Assembly: GCA_046290465.1 (NCBI GenBank)
Contig: JBKAGP010000001.1
Coordinates: 4,608,001 to 4,672,000, forward strand
Reading direction: 5' to 3'
DNA from: Planctomycetota bacterium
Lineage (GTDB): Bacteria; Planctomycetota; UBA1135; UBA2386
Length of the DNA stretch: 64,000 nucleotides
Under the pieces are notes generated by a model. That model was not told the origin of the DNA and searched no databases. It was given only the letters and a program-made list of their open reading frames with translations. How positions within the stretch are numbered: position 1 is the stretch's first letter; the number at the start of each line of letters is the position of its first letter. This document shows positions 37,148-45,545 of the stretch, in pieces. Both the position numbers and the translations under genes were made by a program.

Positions 37148-37375
37148 GTGACTACCCGAGCCCTCGAGGGCAGCTGGCTCCGTCTCAAGAGCCAACTCAA
37201 ACGCAGCTGGAGCAAACTCACCGAAGGCGACCTGGTCGCGATCCGCGGTGACCACACGCACGCGGCCGTGCGCATCCAGATGCGCTACGGCTCGCAGCGC
37301 GAAGCTGCGCAGACCGAGTGGGCCCACTTCTGCGAGAACTACTCGCGCGGTCTCGTCGCCACGGGCAAGGAGTAA
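37148..37375 (+). CDS. CsbD family protein (divergent)
   Basis: AGGAG RBS plus GTG; LEGSWLRLKSQLKRSWSKLTEGDL..I.G......IQMRYG. Confidence 0.75.
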   Translation: MTTRALEGSWLRLKSQLKRSWSKLTEGDLVAIRGDHTHAAVRIQMRYGSQREAAQTEWAHFCENYSRGLVATGKE

Positions 37376-37380
37376 GAACC

Positions 37381-37833
37381 ATGCGATTCGAACGATTGGA
37401 AAACACCCTCAACGACCTCCGCACGCGCATCAAGGGCAAGTGGAGCAAGCTTACCAAGGCCGACCTCGACAAGATCGAGGGCCACTACTCGGAGCTGGCG
37501 GACGTCATCGCCAAGCGCTACTCGATGTCCAAGGGCGAGGCCAAGGAAGCCGTCGAGGAGTTCGGCGACGAGGTCGGCACGACGTTCGGCGAGGTCGCGC
37601 AGCACCTCGGGGACGCGGCGTCGGACGCCTGGCGCAACGGTCGCCATGCGGTCAAGGAGGCCTTCGACCGCACGGCCGAACGCGCCGGCGATGCGTGGCA
37701 GAGCACCAAGGACGGCGCGCAGCACCTGCGCGAGCGCACCGGCGAGGTCGTCAAGCAGAAGCCGCTGACGTCGATCCTGGTCGCCGCGGGCGTGGGTATC
37801 TTCGCCGGCTTCCTGCTGCGCCGGAGCCGCTGA
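37381..37833 (+). CDS. CsbD domain fused to a DUF883/ElaB-like C-terminus
   Basis: IKGKWSKLTKADLDKIEG...IAKRY; C-terminal VKQKPLTSILVAAGVGIFAGFLLRR. Confidence 0.85.
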   Translation: MRFERLENTLNDLRTRIKGKWSKLTKADLDKIEGHYSELADVIAKRYSMSKGEAKEAVEEFGDEVGTTFGEVAQHLGDAASDAWRNGRHAVKEAFDRTAERAGDAWQSTKDGAQHLRERTGEVVKQKPLTSILVAAGVGIFAGFLLRRSR

Positions 37834-37841
37834 ACGTGATC

Positions 37842-38459
37842 ATGCGCCGCGACCCCAGCAGCTCGCACGACGAGGGCCCTGAGCGGTCCTCTCTGCTGCA
37901 AGACCTGTCGCTTGCCGCCCAGGGTGCTCGCCAGGGCATCCGGGCGGCGGCCGGAATGGCCGAGCAGGAGCTGGAGCGGGTGCGCCTGCGCTCCAAGGTC
38001 TGGCTGTCGGAGCTCGCGCTGCGCGCACTGGCCGGCATCCTGCTGGTCTTCGCCGCCTGCCTTGCGTTGGCGCTCGGGGTCTACGGGCTCGTCACCGGCC
38101 TCACCGACGGCCTCGGCTTGCCGATGTGGGCCGCCGCGCTCACGGTCTCCGGTCTGATGCTGGCGACCGGTGCCGTCTCGTATCTTCGATGGCGCAGCAA
38201 CGTCCGCCGCAAGCAGCACGACGCCGGCGACCACACACACCATCTCGCCGAGCTTCGCCGTGCGCGCCGCAAGATCACGCGTGGCCTCTCGAGCCCCAAG
38301 GCGCTGCTGACCGTCGGTGGCGTCGGCGCGGGTGCCGCCGTGGCCCTTCGCAGCCGCGGCGTGCGCAGGATGGTCGTGGCCGGAACGCGCCTGGCGAAGT
38401 ACAGCACGCTGCGCAAGATCCTGCGCGATACGAGCCAGGCTTCGCGCCGCGCCAACTAG
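37842..38459 (+). CDS. YqjE/holin-X-like membrane protein
   Basis: Amphipathic helix, two TMs (…MWAAALTV) and a basic tail; typical partner of DUF883 genes. Confidence 0.6.
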   Translation: MRRDPSSSHDEGPERSSLLQDLSLAAQGARQGIRAAAGMAEQELERVRLRSKVWLSELALRALAGILLVFAACLALALGVYGLVTGLTDGLGLPMWAAALTVSGLMLATGAVSYLRWRSNVRRKQHDAGDHTHHLAELRRARRKITRGLSSPKALLTVGGVGAGAAVALRSRGVRRMVVAGTRLAKYSTLRKILRDTSQASRRAN

Positions 38460-38591
38460 CGTCGCTGTCGATCCGCCGGCATTCGTGACGCGCGGCGGAT
38501 CCCGTTTCTACAAAGCAGCAGGACGCCACGGCCGCTGCGGTGGCCCTCTTGCCGAGCAGGCACGTGGTCTGGTTGTTGCGAAGGCGTGGGC

Positions 38592-38975
38592 ATGCAATCC
38601 CTCGTCCCCCTCTCGCTCGCAGCTGCCTGTCTCCTGATGTCCTCGTGCTCCGAAGGTCGCACCCGCACCGTCGAAGCCAGCACCGACGGCCCACAAGAGC
38701 CGATCAACGGATTCGACACCGACGTGCTCGAGCCGGACCTCGGCAACGACGGTGCATCCAGCGCGGGTGCTCCGCCGGGTACCGTCGACGACGCCTCGGT
38801 CGCTTCGTCTCCCGATCGTGCGTCTGCTGGCAGTTCGCCGCCGGGTGGTGGGGCGCAGGGAAGCGGCGCGCAGCCAGTGCCGGAGCCGAGCACGCTGCTG
38901 TTGCTCGGCAGCGGTTTGGCGGGGGTCGGAGCTTCGATGTTCCGACGCCGTCGCAAGCCGCAACAGGGCGCGTAG
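38592..38975 (+). CDS. Small PEP-CTERM protein with a lipoprotein-like signal
   Basis: C-terminal VPEPSTLLLLGSGLAGVGASMFRRRRK; N-terminal LLMSSC. Confidence 0.85.
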   Translation: MQSLVPLSLAAACLLMSSCSEGRTRTVEASTDGPQEPINGFDTDVLEPDLGNDGASSAGAPPGTVDDASVASSPDRASAGSSPPGGGAQGSGAQPVPEPSTLLLLGSGLAGVGASMFRRRRKPQQGA

Positions 38976-39154
38976 CGCACGTCGCTTCGCGCACGCCGCG
39001 CGTGCGACTTGCAGAATCTGCCGCGACCGACGCGCGAGGATGCGCTCGTTGGTCGACGCGGGTGCGATGCAGGCGCCGGTTCGCGCGCCGCCAACGGCCC
39101 AAAAGCAGGTCGTAGCGGACGACTTCGGGGTCCCGGTCCCCAGTTCGCCGCGCT

Positions 39155-39170
39155 TGGCACGCCTTCTGCA
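39155..39170 (+). promoter_or_regulatory. Sigma-54 promoter of the PRC-barrel operon
   Basis: TTGGCACGCCTTCTGCA. Confidence 0.7.
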
Positions 39171-39291
39171 TTCGACCGCATGCCTTCGTCGCGAGGGCGG
39201 CCCATCCGGGAACGCTCCCGCGTCGCGAAGCAACTCGCAGGTCGGCACCTCGGTGGCGACCGACACCAACACCATCACCGAACGACAAACG

Positions 39292-40620
39292 ATGAACCTC
39301 AACCTCCCGCTCCTCGCCAGCGCCGCCGCTGCGCTGGCCGTTCTCAACCCGGCTACGGCGCAGGACGACGCCAAGAAACGCAGCGCCGACCGCCCGATCT
39401 TCGTCTCGACCGACTCCCTGATGGGCTGCAAGGTCGAGTGGCCCGGTGACGCGAAGTGCACCGTCAAGGACGCGCTGGTCGACCCGTCGACCGGACGCAT
39501 CGCCGGCCTCGTCATGGACAGCGGCGCGATCGCCAGCTTCGACCGCCTGTGCTGGAACCCGGACGCGAGCTGCTTCGCCTGCACGAAGCCGCAAGCCGGC
39601 ACCGCCGAGGCTGCGAGTTCGAAGAAGAAGACGGACGCGGAAGCCAAGGACGCCGCCGCGAGCACCAAGGCCGGCCGGCCGCTCGACGGCACCTTCCTGC
39701 TCTCGAGCGTCGTGAGCCTGCCGCTCGTCGGCTACGAGCGCACCGAAGAAGGGGACCGCAAGGACTGCGAGATCGGCTCGGTCGGCGGCGCGTTCGTCGA
39801 CACGTGCTCGGGCAACCTGGCGTTCGTCACGACGTCGGTCGGCGGTGTGCTCGGCATCGGCGCCGAGTCGCGCGTCATCCCGTGGTCGGCCGTCTGCGTC
39901 GAACGCGGCGCCGAGGGTGAGTTCCAGCTGAGCACCGACATCCACAAGAAGCGCCTCGAGAAGGCGCCGGCGTTCGGTGACGGCGCCGACAACCTGCACA
40001 ACCCGAACTACCGCGACACGCTCTACTCATACTACGGCACGCGCCGCGCCGACTTCGAGCCGGCGTCGAGCGACGGCGTCTCGGTGATCCCGGTCGACCA
40101 GATGATGGGGGCCACGATCGTCCGCGCCGGCAACGCGAAGGGCTCGCTGAAGGACCTCGTGCTCGACCCGAAGAGCGGCCAGGTGTCGCTCGCCATCTGT
40201 GCCAACGGCGACGTCGTGCCGGCGTCGGCGCTGCGCTGGGACGAGCGGGCGAAGCAGTTCCAACTGAGCGGTGACGTGAAGCCGGTCGAGATGGACGCCA
40301 ACCAGGAGCAGATCCTGGCCTCGGCGCTCGCCGACTACAGCGTCATGTGCGGCTCCGAGCGGACCGGTGACCTGGAGGACGTCTACTTCGACGCCAACGC
40401 CGGCAAGATCGCCTACCTGTCGATCGAGAAGGACGGCGTTCGGGTCCTGCCGTGGTCGGTGGTCACGCTGAACACGGAAGGCAAGCAGCCGAGCATCTGC
40501 CTCGGTTGCGCGCACGACGCCCTGGAGAACGCTCCGAAGCTCAACGGCGAAATGGGCGCGACCATCTACAGCCCGGCGTTCCGTGCGCGCGTCGCCGCCG
40601 TCGAAACCAAGCCGCAATAA
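39292..40620 (+). CDS. Exported multi-PRC-barrel protein
   Basis: Signal peptide; four repeats of the G.VKD.LVD...G.I.Y...IPW pattern; GGVLGIG, LEKAPAF, YSYYG. Confidence 0.8.
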   Translation: MNLNLPLLASAAAALAVLNPATAQDDAKKRSADRPIFVSTDSLMGCKVEWPGDAKCTVKDALVDPSTGRIAGLVMDSGAIASFDRLCWNPDASCFACTKPQAGTAEAASSKKKTDAEAKDAAASTKAGRPLDGTFLLSSVVSLPLVGYERTEEGDRKDCEIGSVGGAFVDTCSGNLAFVTTSVGGVLGIGAESRVIPWSAVCVERGAEGEFQLSTDIHKKRLEKAPAFGDGADNLHNPNYRDTLYSYYGTRRADFEPASSDGVSVIPVDQMMGATIVRAGNAKGSLKDLVLDPKSGQVSLAICANGDVVPASALRWDERAKQFQLSGDVKPVEMDANQEQILASALADYSVMCGSERTGDLEDVYFDANAGKIAYLSIEKDGVRVLPWSVVTLNTEGKQPSICLGCAHDALENAPKLNGEMGATIYSPAFRARVAAVETKPQ

Positions 40621-40632
40621 GGCACGCCTGCC

Positions 40633-40839
40633 ATGAACAAGCCCGTGAGCATCGCCCTGGTCGTCGTCGGTCTGATCCTGCTGGTGATGGGCTTCAACGC
40701 CACGGAGGCCTTCGCCTCCGAGGTGTCGGAGTTCTTCACCGGCTCGCCGACCGACAAGGCCATCTGGCTGATCCTCGGTGGTGCCGCGGCGCTCGTCCTC
40801 GGCGGCATCGGCCTCCTCAACCGTTCGAAGCGATCATGA
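40633..40839 (+). CDS. DUF3185-family small membrane protein
   Basis: SEVSEFFTGSPTDKAIWLILGG between two TMs. Confidence 0.85.
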   Translation: MNKPVSIALVVVGLILLVMGFNATEAFASEVSEFFTGSPTDKAIWLILGGAAALVLGGIGLLNRSKRS

Positions 40840-41252
40840 CACCCAAAGGCGAAGCAGTCGGCCCGATGGCCGACCCCGGCAGGTCGACGACGACGATCTG
40901 CACCGCGTTGTTCCCCAACGGTCGCGCGGCCGACGCCGCGGTGCACGACCTCGTCCGGTCGGGCGTCCCCGCGGGCGACATCAGCCTGATCGACTCCGAG
41001 CACGACGGCCGCGGTCCCGCGGTCGTCGGCGCCGATGCGGTTGCCGCCGAAGCGGACGCACATCGCGGGCAGCTCCTCGCGAGCGGCCCGACGTCCTCAC
41101 CCATCCCCGGTCGGCTGCCGACGAACGGCTCGGCCAACCGGGCAGCCGGAGCGCTGGTCATGGTCGGCCTGCACTGCGGCGATCCCAGCGGGAGCGATCG
41201 TGTCCTGACGATCTGCGCCGCCGCCGGCGCGCTCAGGACGTCGGCGATCTGA
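40836..41252 (+). CDS. General stress protein 17M-like (possibly internally deleted)
   Basis: TALFPNGRAADAAVHDLVRSGVPAGDISLI, ASGP, GALVMV...ICAAAGA; the usual Gly-zipper core is absent. Confidence 0.55.
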   Translation: MTPKGEAVGPMADPGRSTTTICTALFPNGRAADAAVHDLVRSGVPAGDISLIDSEHDGRGPAVVGADAVAAEADAHRGQLLASGPTSSPIPGRLPTNGSANRAAGALVMVGLHCGDPSGSDRVLTICAAAGALRTSAI

Positions 41253-41292
41253 ACCCGCGTTTCCGACCATCTCCGACCCGAACCAGGCAACC

Positions 41293-41730
41293 ATGGACAT
41301 CTACACCAGACTGAAGCAAGACCACCGACGCCAGCGCGAACTCGCGGCGCGACTCGCCGATACCAGCGGCGACTCCGCGGATCGGCAGCAACTCTGGCAG
41401 CAGTTCCGTGCCGAGCTGGAGAGCCACGCCAACGCGGAAGAGCAGACCCTCTACGCCGCTTTGATCGAGCGTCCCGAGGCACAGGAGAAGGCGCAGCACA
41501 GCATCGCCGAACACAAGGAAGCCTCCGACCTGATCGAGGAGCTCGACGACATCGACATGTCGAGTCCGGCCTGGCTGCAGAAGTTCAAGCAGCTCCAGGA
41601 CGAGGTCGAGCACCACCTCGACGAAGAGGAGGCCGAGGTGTTCCCGCTGGCCAGCCAGCTGTTCGACTCGAGCCTTGCCGAGCACCTCGGCGCGAAGTTC
41701 GACGAGCGCAAGGCTGCCGAGTGCGCGTGA
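41293..41730 (+). CDS. Hemerythrin HHE-domain protein
   Basis: LKQDH, HANAEEQTLY, EH, HHLDEEEAEVFP. Confidence 0.9.
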   Translation: MDIYTRLKQDHRRQRELAARLADTSGDSADRQQLWQQFRAELESHANAEEQTLYAALIERPEAQEKAQHSIAEHKEASDLIEELDDIDMSSPAWLQKFKQLQDEVEHHLDEEEAEVFPLASQLFDSSLAEHLGAKFDERKAAECA

Positions 41731-41805
41731 GCTACCGGCTGCACCTCATCCATCCACGACCACTTTCATCCACGACCACATCCGTCCGACCCACGAGAAC
41801 CTCCC

Positions 41806-42249
41806 ATGACCGACAACAAGCATCAGAACGACATCGACCGACTCAATTCCTTCCTTCGCGGCGAGATCTCCGCCGTCGAGACCTACCGGCAAGCGCTCGA
41901 GAAGGTCGAGGACGCGACCGCCGAGGTCGTGCTGCGTAACAACCTGGCCAACCACCAGGGGCGCGTGACCAGCCTCGCCGCCAGGATCCTGCGCCTGGGC
42001 GGCGAGCCCGCCGAGAGCAGCGGCGTGTGGGGCGCGTTCGCCAAGGCGATCGAAGGCGGCGCGAAGATCTTCGGCGAGTCCGCCGCGGTCGCCGCGCTCG
42101 AAGAGGTCGAGGACCACGGCCTGCACGACTACCAGAACGACCTCGACCGCCTCTCGCCGGAGATTCGCCAGATGGTCGCGACGGAGTTGCTCCCCGAACA
42201 GCAGCGCACCCACGATGCGCTGTCGCGCCTGAAGAAGGCGATGAACTGA
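41806..42249 (+). CDS. PA2169/DUF2383 ferritin-like four-helix bundle protein
   Basis: LNSFLRGEISAVETYRQALEK, LGGEPAESSGVWG, LEEVEDHGLHDY. Confidence 0.85.
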   Translation: MTDNKHQNDIDRLNSFLRGEISAVETYRQALEKVEDATAEVVLRNNLANHQGRVTSLAARILRLGGEPAESSGVWGAFAKAIEGGAKIFGESAAVAALEEVEDHGLHDYQNDLDRLSPEIRQMVATELLPEQQRTHDALSRLKKAMN

Positions 42250-42344
42250 TCGACGACGCGCCGCACGTCCGCTTCATGCGGACGTGCTGCACTTCCCGAC
42301 GTCCCCGGCGCTCGCCGCCCACCGTGTCCGAAGCGTGACCCCCC

Positions 42345-43745
42345 GTGAAGTTCCTCCCGTGCCTGCTGTTCTCGTCGTTCCTGCTGCTGTCGCCGGCAGC
42401 GTTGGCGCAGCAAGCGCCCGACCCGAAGGCTCCTGAGGGGCTGCAGTCCTCGCAGAAGGAGGTCGAGGTCGAGCAGGTCACCGACGACGACCGCATCACC
42501 GACCGTCTGCGCGACATCCTGGCGACGACGGAGCGATTCCCCGACGTCGACCTGCGCGTCGAGCACGGCGTCGCGCTGGTGCGCGGCACCGTCGCCGACG
42601 AAGCGGAGCGCGCGTGGGTCGTCGACCTTGCGAGCAACACCGAGGGCGTGGCGGCGGTCTCCAGCCAGCTCAAGCTGCGCGAATTGCCGGTGTGGAACCT
42701 GACGCCCGCGCTCGATGAACTCGGCGGCTTGTGGCGCCAGTTCGTCGAATCGCTGCCGCGGATCCTGGCCGGAGTGCTCATCCTGATCGGCGTGATGATG
42801 TCGGCGGGCCGCGCGGCGAGGTGGTTGAGCAAACCCCTCGAACGCCGCATCTCCAGCGAACTGCTGCGGTCGGTTGCCAACAAGGCCGTGCTGGTGGCGT
42901 TCTGGCTGTCGGGCATCTACGTGTTCCTGCGCGTCTCCGGTCTGACCCAGGTAGCGATGACCGTCGTCGGCGGCACCGGCGTGCTCGGCATCGTGCTCGG
43001 CTTCGCGTTCCGCGACATCGCCGAGAACTTCCTCGCCAGCGTGCTGATCAGCCTGCAGCGCCCGTTCCGTTACGGCGACACGATCGAGGTCGACGGACAC
43101 CTCGGCGTGGTGCAGCGCGTGACCCCGCGCGGCACCATCCTGATGGACTTCGACGGCAACTACATCCAGATCGCCAACGCGCAGGTCTACAAGAGCACGA
43201 TCAAGAACTACACGGCCAACCCCAACGTCCGTCAGGACTTCACGGTGGGCATCGGCTACGACGTCGACGTCGTGCACGCCCAGGAGGTCGTGATGGAGAC
43301 CCTGCGCGAACACTCGGCCGTGCTCGCCGATCCGCGCCCGATGGTGCTCGTGCGCGAACTGGCCTCGTCGACGATCAACCTGCAGGTCTACTTCTGGATC
43401 GACGGCAGCAAGCACAGCCAGCTGAAGGTGCGTTCGGCGCTGATGCGGCTGGTGTTGAGCGCGTTGGAGCGCGAGGGTGTCAGCATGCCGGACGATGCTC
43501 GCGAGATCATCTTCCCCGACGACGTGCCCGTGCGCATGCTCGACAGCACGGCGGCCGCGGCCGCGTCCGCGTCCGAGGACGATGCTGGCGCGAGCGACGA
43601 CCGACCCGCGCAGCGTTCGCCGGAGTTGCAGGCCGAGGCGACCGCTGCCGAAGGCAGCCTCGAGAGCGAGACGCGCGAGGTCAACGACCAGGCCAGGCGG
43701 TCCCGTTCGCCCGAGGAGGGCGAGGACGTGCTCGCGGCGAACTGA
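42345..43745 (+). CDS. MscS mechanosensitive channel with an N-terminal BON domain
   Basis: VEHGVALVRGTV...EGVAAV (BON); GFAFRDIAENFLAS, PFRYGDTIEV, NYT, VGIGY. Confidence 0.9.
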   Translation: MKFLPCLLFSSFLLLSPAALAQQAPDPKAPEGLQSSQKEVEVEQVTDDDRITDRLRDILATTERFPDVDLRVEHGVALVRGTVADEAERAWVVDLASNTEGVAAVSSQLKLRELPVWNLTPALDELGGLWRQFVESLPRILAGVLILIGVMMSAGRAARWLSKPLERRISSELLRSVANKAVLVAFWLSGIYVFLRVSGLTQVAMTVVGGTGVLGIVLGFAFRDIAENFLASVLISLQRPFRYGDTIEVDGHLGVVQRVTPRGTILMDFDGNYIQIANAQVYKSTIKNYTANPNVRQDFTVGIGYDVDVVHAQEVVMETLREHSAVLADPRPMVLVRELASSTINLQVYFWIDGSKHSQLKVRSALMRLVLSALEREGVSMPDDAREIIFPDDVPVRMLDSTAAAAASASEDDAGASDDRPAQRSPELQAEATAAEGSLESETREVNDQARRSRSPEEGEDVLAAN

Positions 43746-43757
43746 CGCCGCGCGCGC

Positions 43758-45371
43758 TCAGAACAGCTGCGCGTCGCCGCTCTCCGGGTCGACGTAGCGC
43801 ACCGCGTAGAGGCTGGCCCGCCGGTCGTCCCACGGCTGGAACGTGCCGGCGTGACGCATGCGCCGCAGCAGTTCGAGGTCGACGTCGTGGATCACGAGCG
43901 TCTCGATATTGGGCGTGCACTCACCGCCGATGCCGTCGCGCGCGAACGAGAAGTCGACGGGCGTGAACACACCGGACTGCGAGTAGTGCACGTCGGCGTT
44001 CTGCACGAACGGCAGGTTGCCGGTCGCGCCGGAGATCGCGACGTAGACGTTGTTCTCGACGGCGCGGGCCTGCGCGCAGTAGCGCACGCGCAGGTAGGCC
44101 TGCCGGTTCTCGGTCGAGAACGGCACGAACAGCAGCCGCGCACCGCGGCTGACGGCGACCCGGGCGATCTCGGGGAACTCGACGTCGTAGCCGAGCAGGA
44201 TCGCGACCTTCCCGCAGTCGGTGTCGAACACCTCGATGCCGTCGCCGGCCTCCAGACCCCACCAGCGCCGCTCCGCCGGCGGAATGTGCAGCTTGTACTG
44301 CTTGTCGATCGTGCCGTCGCGGCGGAACAGGTAGGCGATGTTGTAGAGGTGGTCGTCCTCGACGGTGAACTGCGAGCCACCGACGATGTTGACGTTGTAC
44401 TTGATCGACATCCTCGTGAAGAACTCGAGGTAGGCCGGCGTGTGCTCGGCGAGCGCGCGCGCCGCGTCGCTCGGCCGCCGCTTGGTATCGGCGACCGCCA
44501 GCAGCTGCGTCGTGACCAGCTCCGGGAACACGACGAAGTCGGCTTTGCTGTCCGACGCGGTATCGAGGAAGTACTCGCACTGCGCGCAGAACTCCTCGAA
44601 CGTCTCGAGGTGCCGCATCTGGTACTGCACCGCGCAGATCCGCGCCAGCGCCACCGACTGCATGCGGCGCGGCGCGGTCTCCTCGACGTGGTCGAGGTTG
44701 GTCCACTCCAGGTGCGTCGCGAAGCCGCGCGATGCGGTGTCGGACGGGAAGTAGTTCGGGATCAGCTTCTTCAGCACGAAGCCGTTGGCGACCTGCGTCG
44801 TCAACACCGGGTCGTAGAGGCCGCGGCTGACGACCTTCTCGACATACTCACGCGGGGACAGTTCGTCCGCGTACTTGCCGTAGCCGGGGATGCGGCCGCC
44901 GATGATGATGCGCGCGAGGTTGTGCCGCCGCGCGATCTCCTTGCGCACCTCGTACAGCCGCCGCGCCAGGCGCATGCCGCGGTACTGCGGGTGCACCATG
45001 ATCTCGATGCCGTAGAGGGTGTCGCCGTTGGCGTCGTGGTTGCGGATGTAGCCGCCGTCGGCGATCTCGCGCCAGTCGTGCCACTCGTCGTGCATGCCGA
45101 AGTCGACGATCAACGAACTGCACGAGGCGACGATCTGCCCCTGGTACTCGATGCACGCCTGGCCCTCGGGGAACAGCGTCAGCTGGCTCTCGATCTGGTC
45201 GCGGCCCCACGGCTCCATGCCCGGAAAGCAGCGCTTCGCCATCTCGACCAGCTGCTCGTAGTCCTCGATGCGGGTCTGGCGCAGCAGGATCTTCTTCTCG
45301 AACGCCTCGAGCGGCAGCTCCCCGAACTCGTTCGGTTCGGGGGGCACGTCACCGGTGGGGGGCTGGCTCAT
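43758..45371 (-). CDS. GNAT acetyltransferase fused to a carbon-nitrogen hydrolase domain
   Basis: FPEGQ, LYGIEIMVHPQYRGMRLARRLY, GGRIPGY; FPEL, QYKLHI, LLGYDVEFPE, ARAVEN. Confidence 0.9.
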   Translation of the reverse strand: MSQPPTGDVPPEPNEFGELPLEAFEKKILLRQTRIEDYEQLVEMAKRCFPGMEPWGRDQIESQLTLFPEGQACIEYQGQIVASCSSLIVDFGMHDEWHDWREIADGGYIRNHDANGDTLYGIEIMVHPQYRGMRLARRLYEVRKEIARRHNLARIIIGGRIPGYGKYADELSPREYVEKVVSRGLYDPVLTTQVANGFVLKKLIPNYFPSDTASRGFATHLEWTNLDHVEETAPRRMQSVALARICAVQYQMRHLETFEEFCAQCEYFLDTASDSKADFVVFPELVTTQLLAVADTKRRPSDAARALAEHTPAYLEFFTRMSIKYNVNIVGGSQFTVEDDHLYNIAYLFRRDGTIDKQYKLHIPPAERRWWGLEAGDGIEVFDTDCGKVAILLGYDVEFPEIARVAVSRGARLLFVPFSTENRQAYLRVRYCAQARAVENNVYVAISGATGNLPFVQNADVHYSQSGVFTPVDFSFARDGIGGECTPNIETLVIHDVDLELLRRMRHAGTFQPWDDRRASLYAVRYVDPESGDAQLF

Positions 45372-45382
45372 CGTGGATCTCT

Positions 45383-45398
45383 TGCAATCATCTCGCCG
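45383..45398 (-). promoter_or_regulatory. Putative sigma-54 promoter of the GNAT-hydrolase gene
   Basis: Minus strand CGGCGAGATGATTGCA. Confidence 0.5.
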
Positions 45399-45545
45399 AT
45401 GCCGCGGCTGATCTCGGCGCGCGGTCGTTCGGCGGCGGGAACGATAGCGGCGGCACTGCCGGCGCAACCAAGATCCTGGGGAATGTCGCGGTAGGCGGTC
45501 GTCCGGGCGGTTGTGGCCGCCCGCGCGCCGCGGTAGGTAGGGGGC

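Noticed and set aside
37842..38459. Holin-like gene as evidence of a prophage
   Set aside because: This family normally accompanies DUF883 stress genes; no phage genes present.
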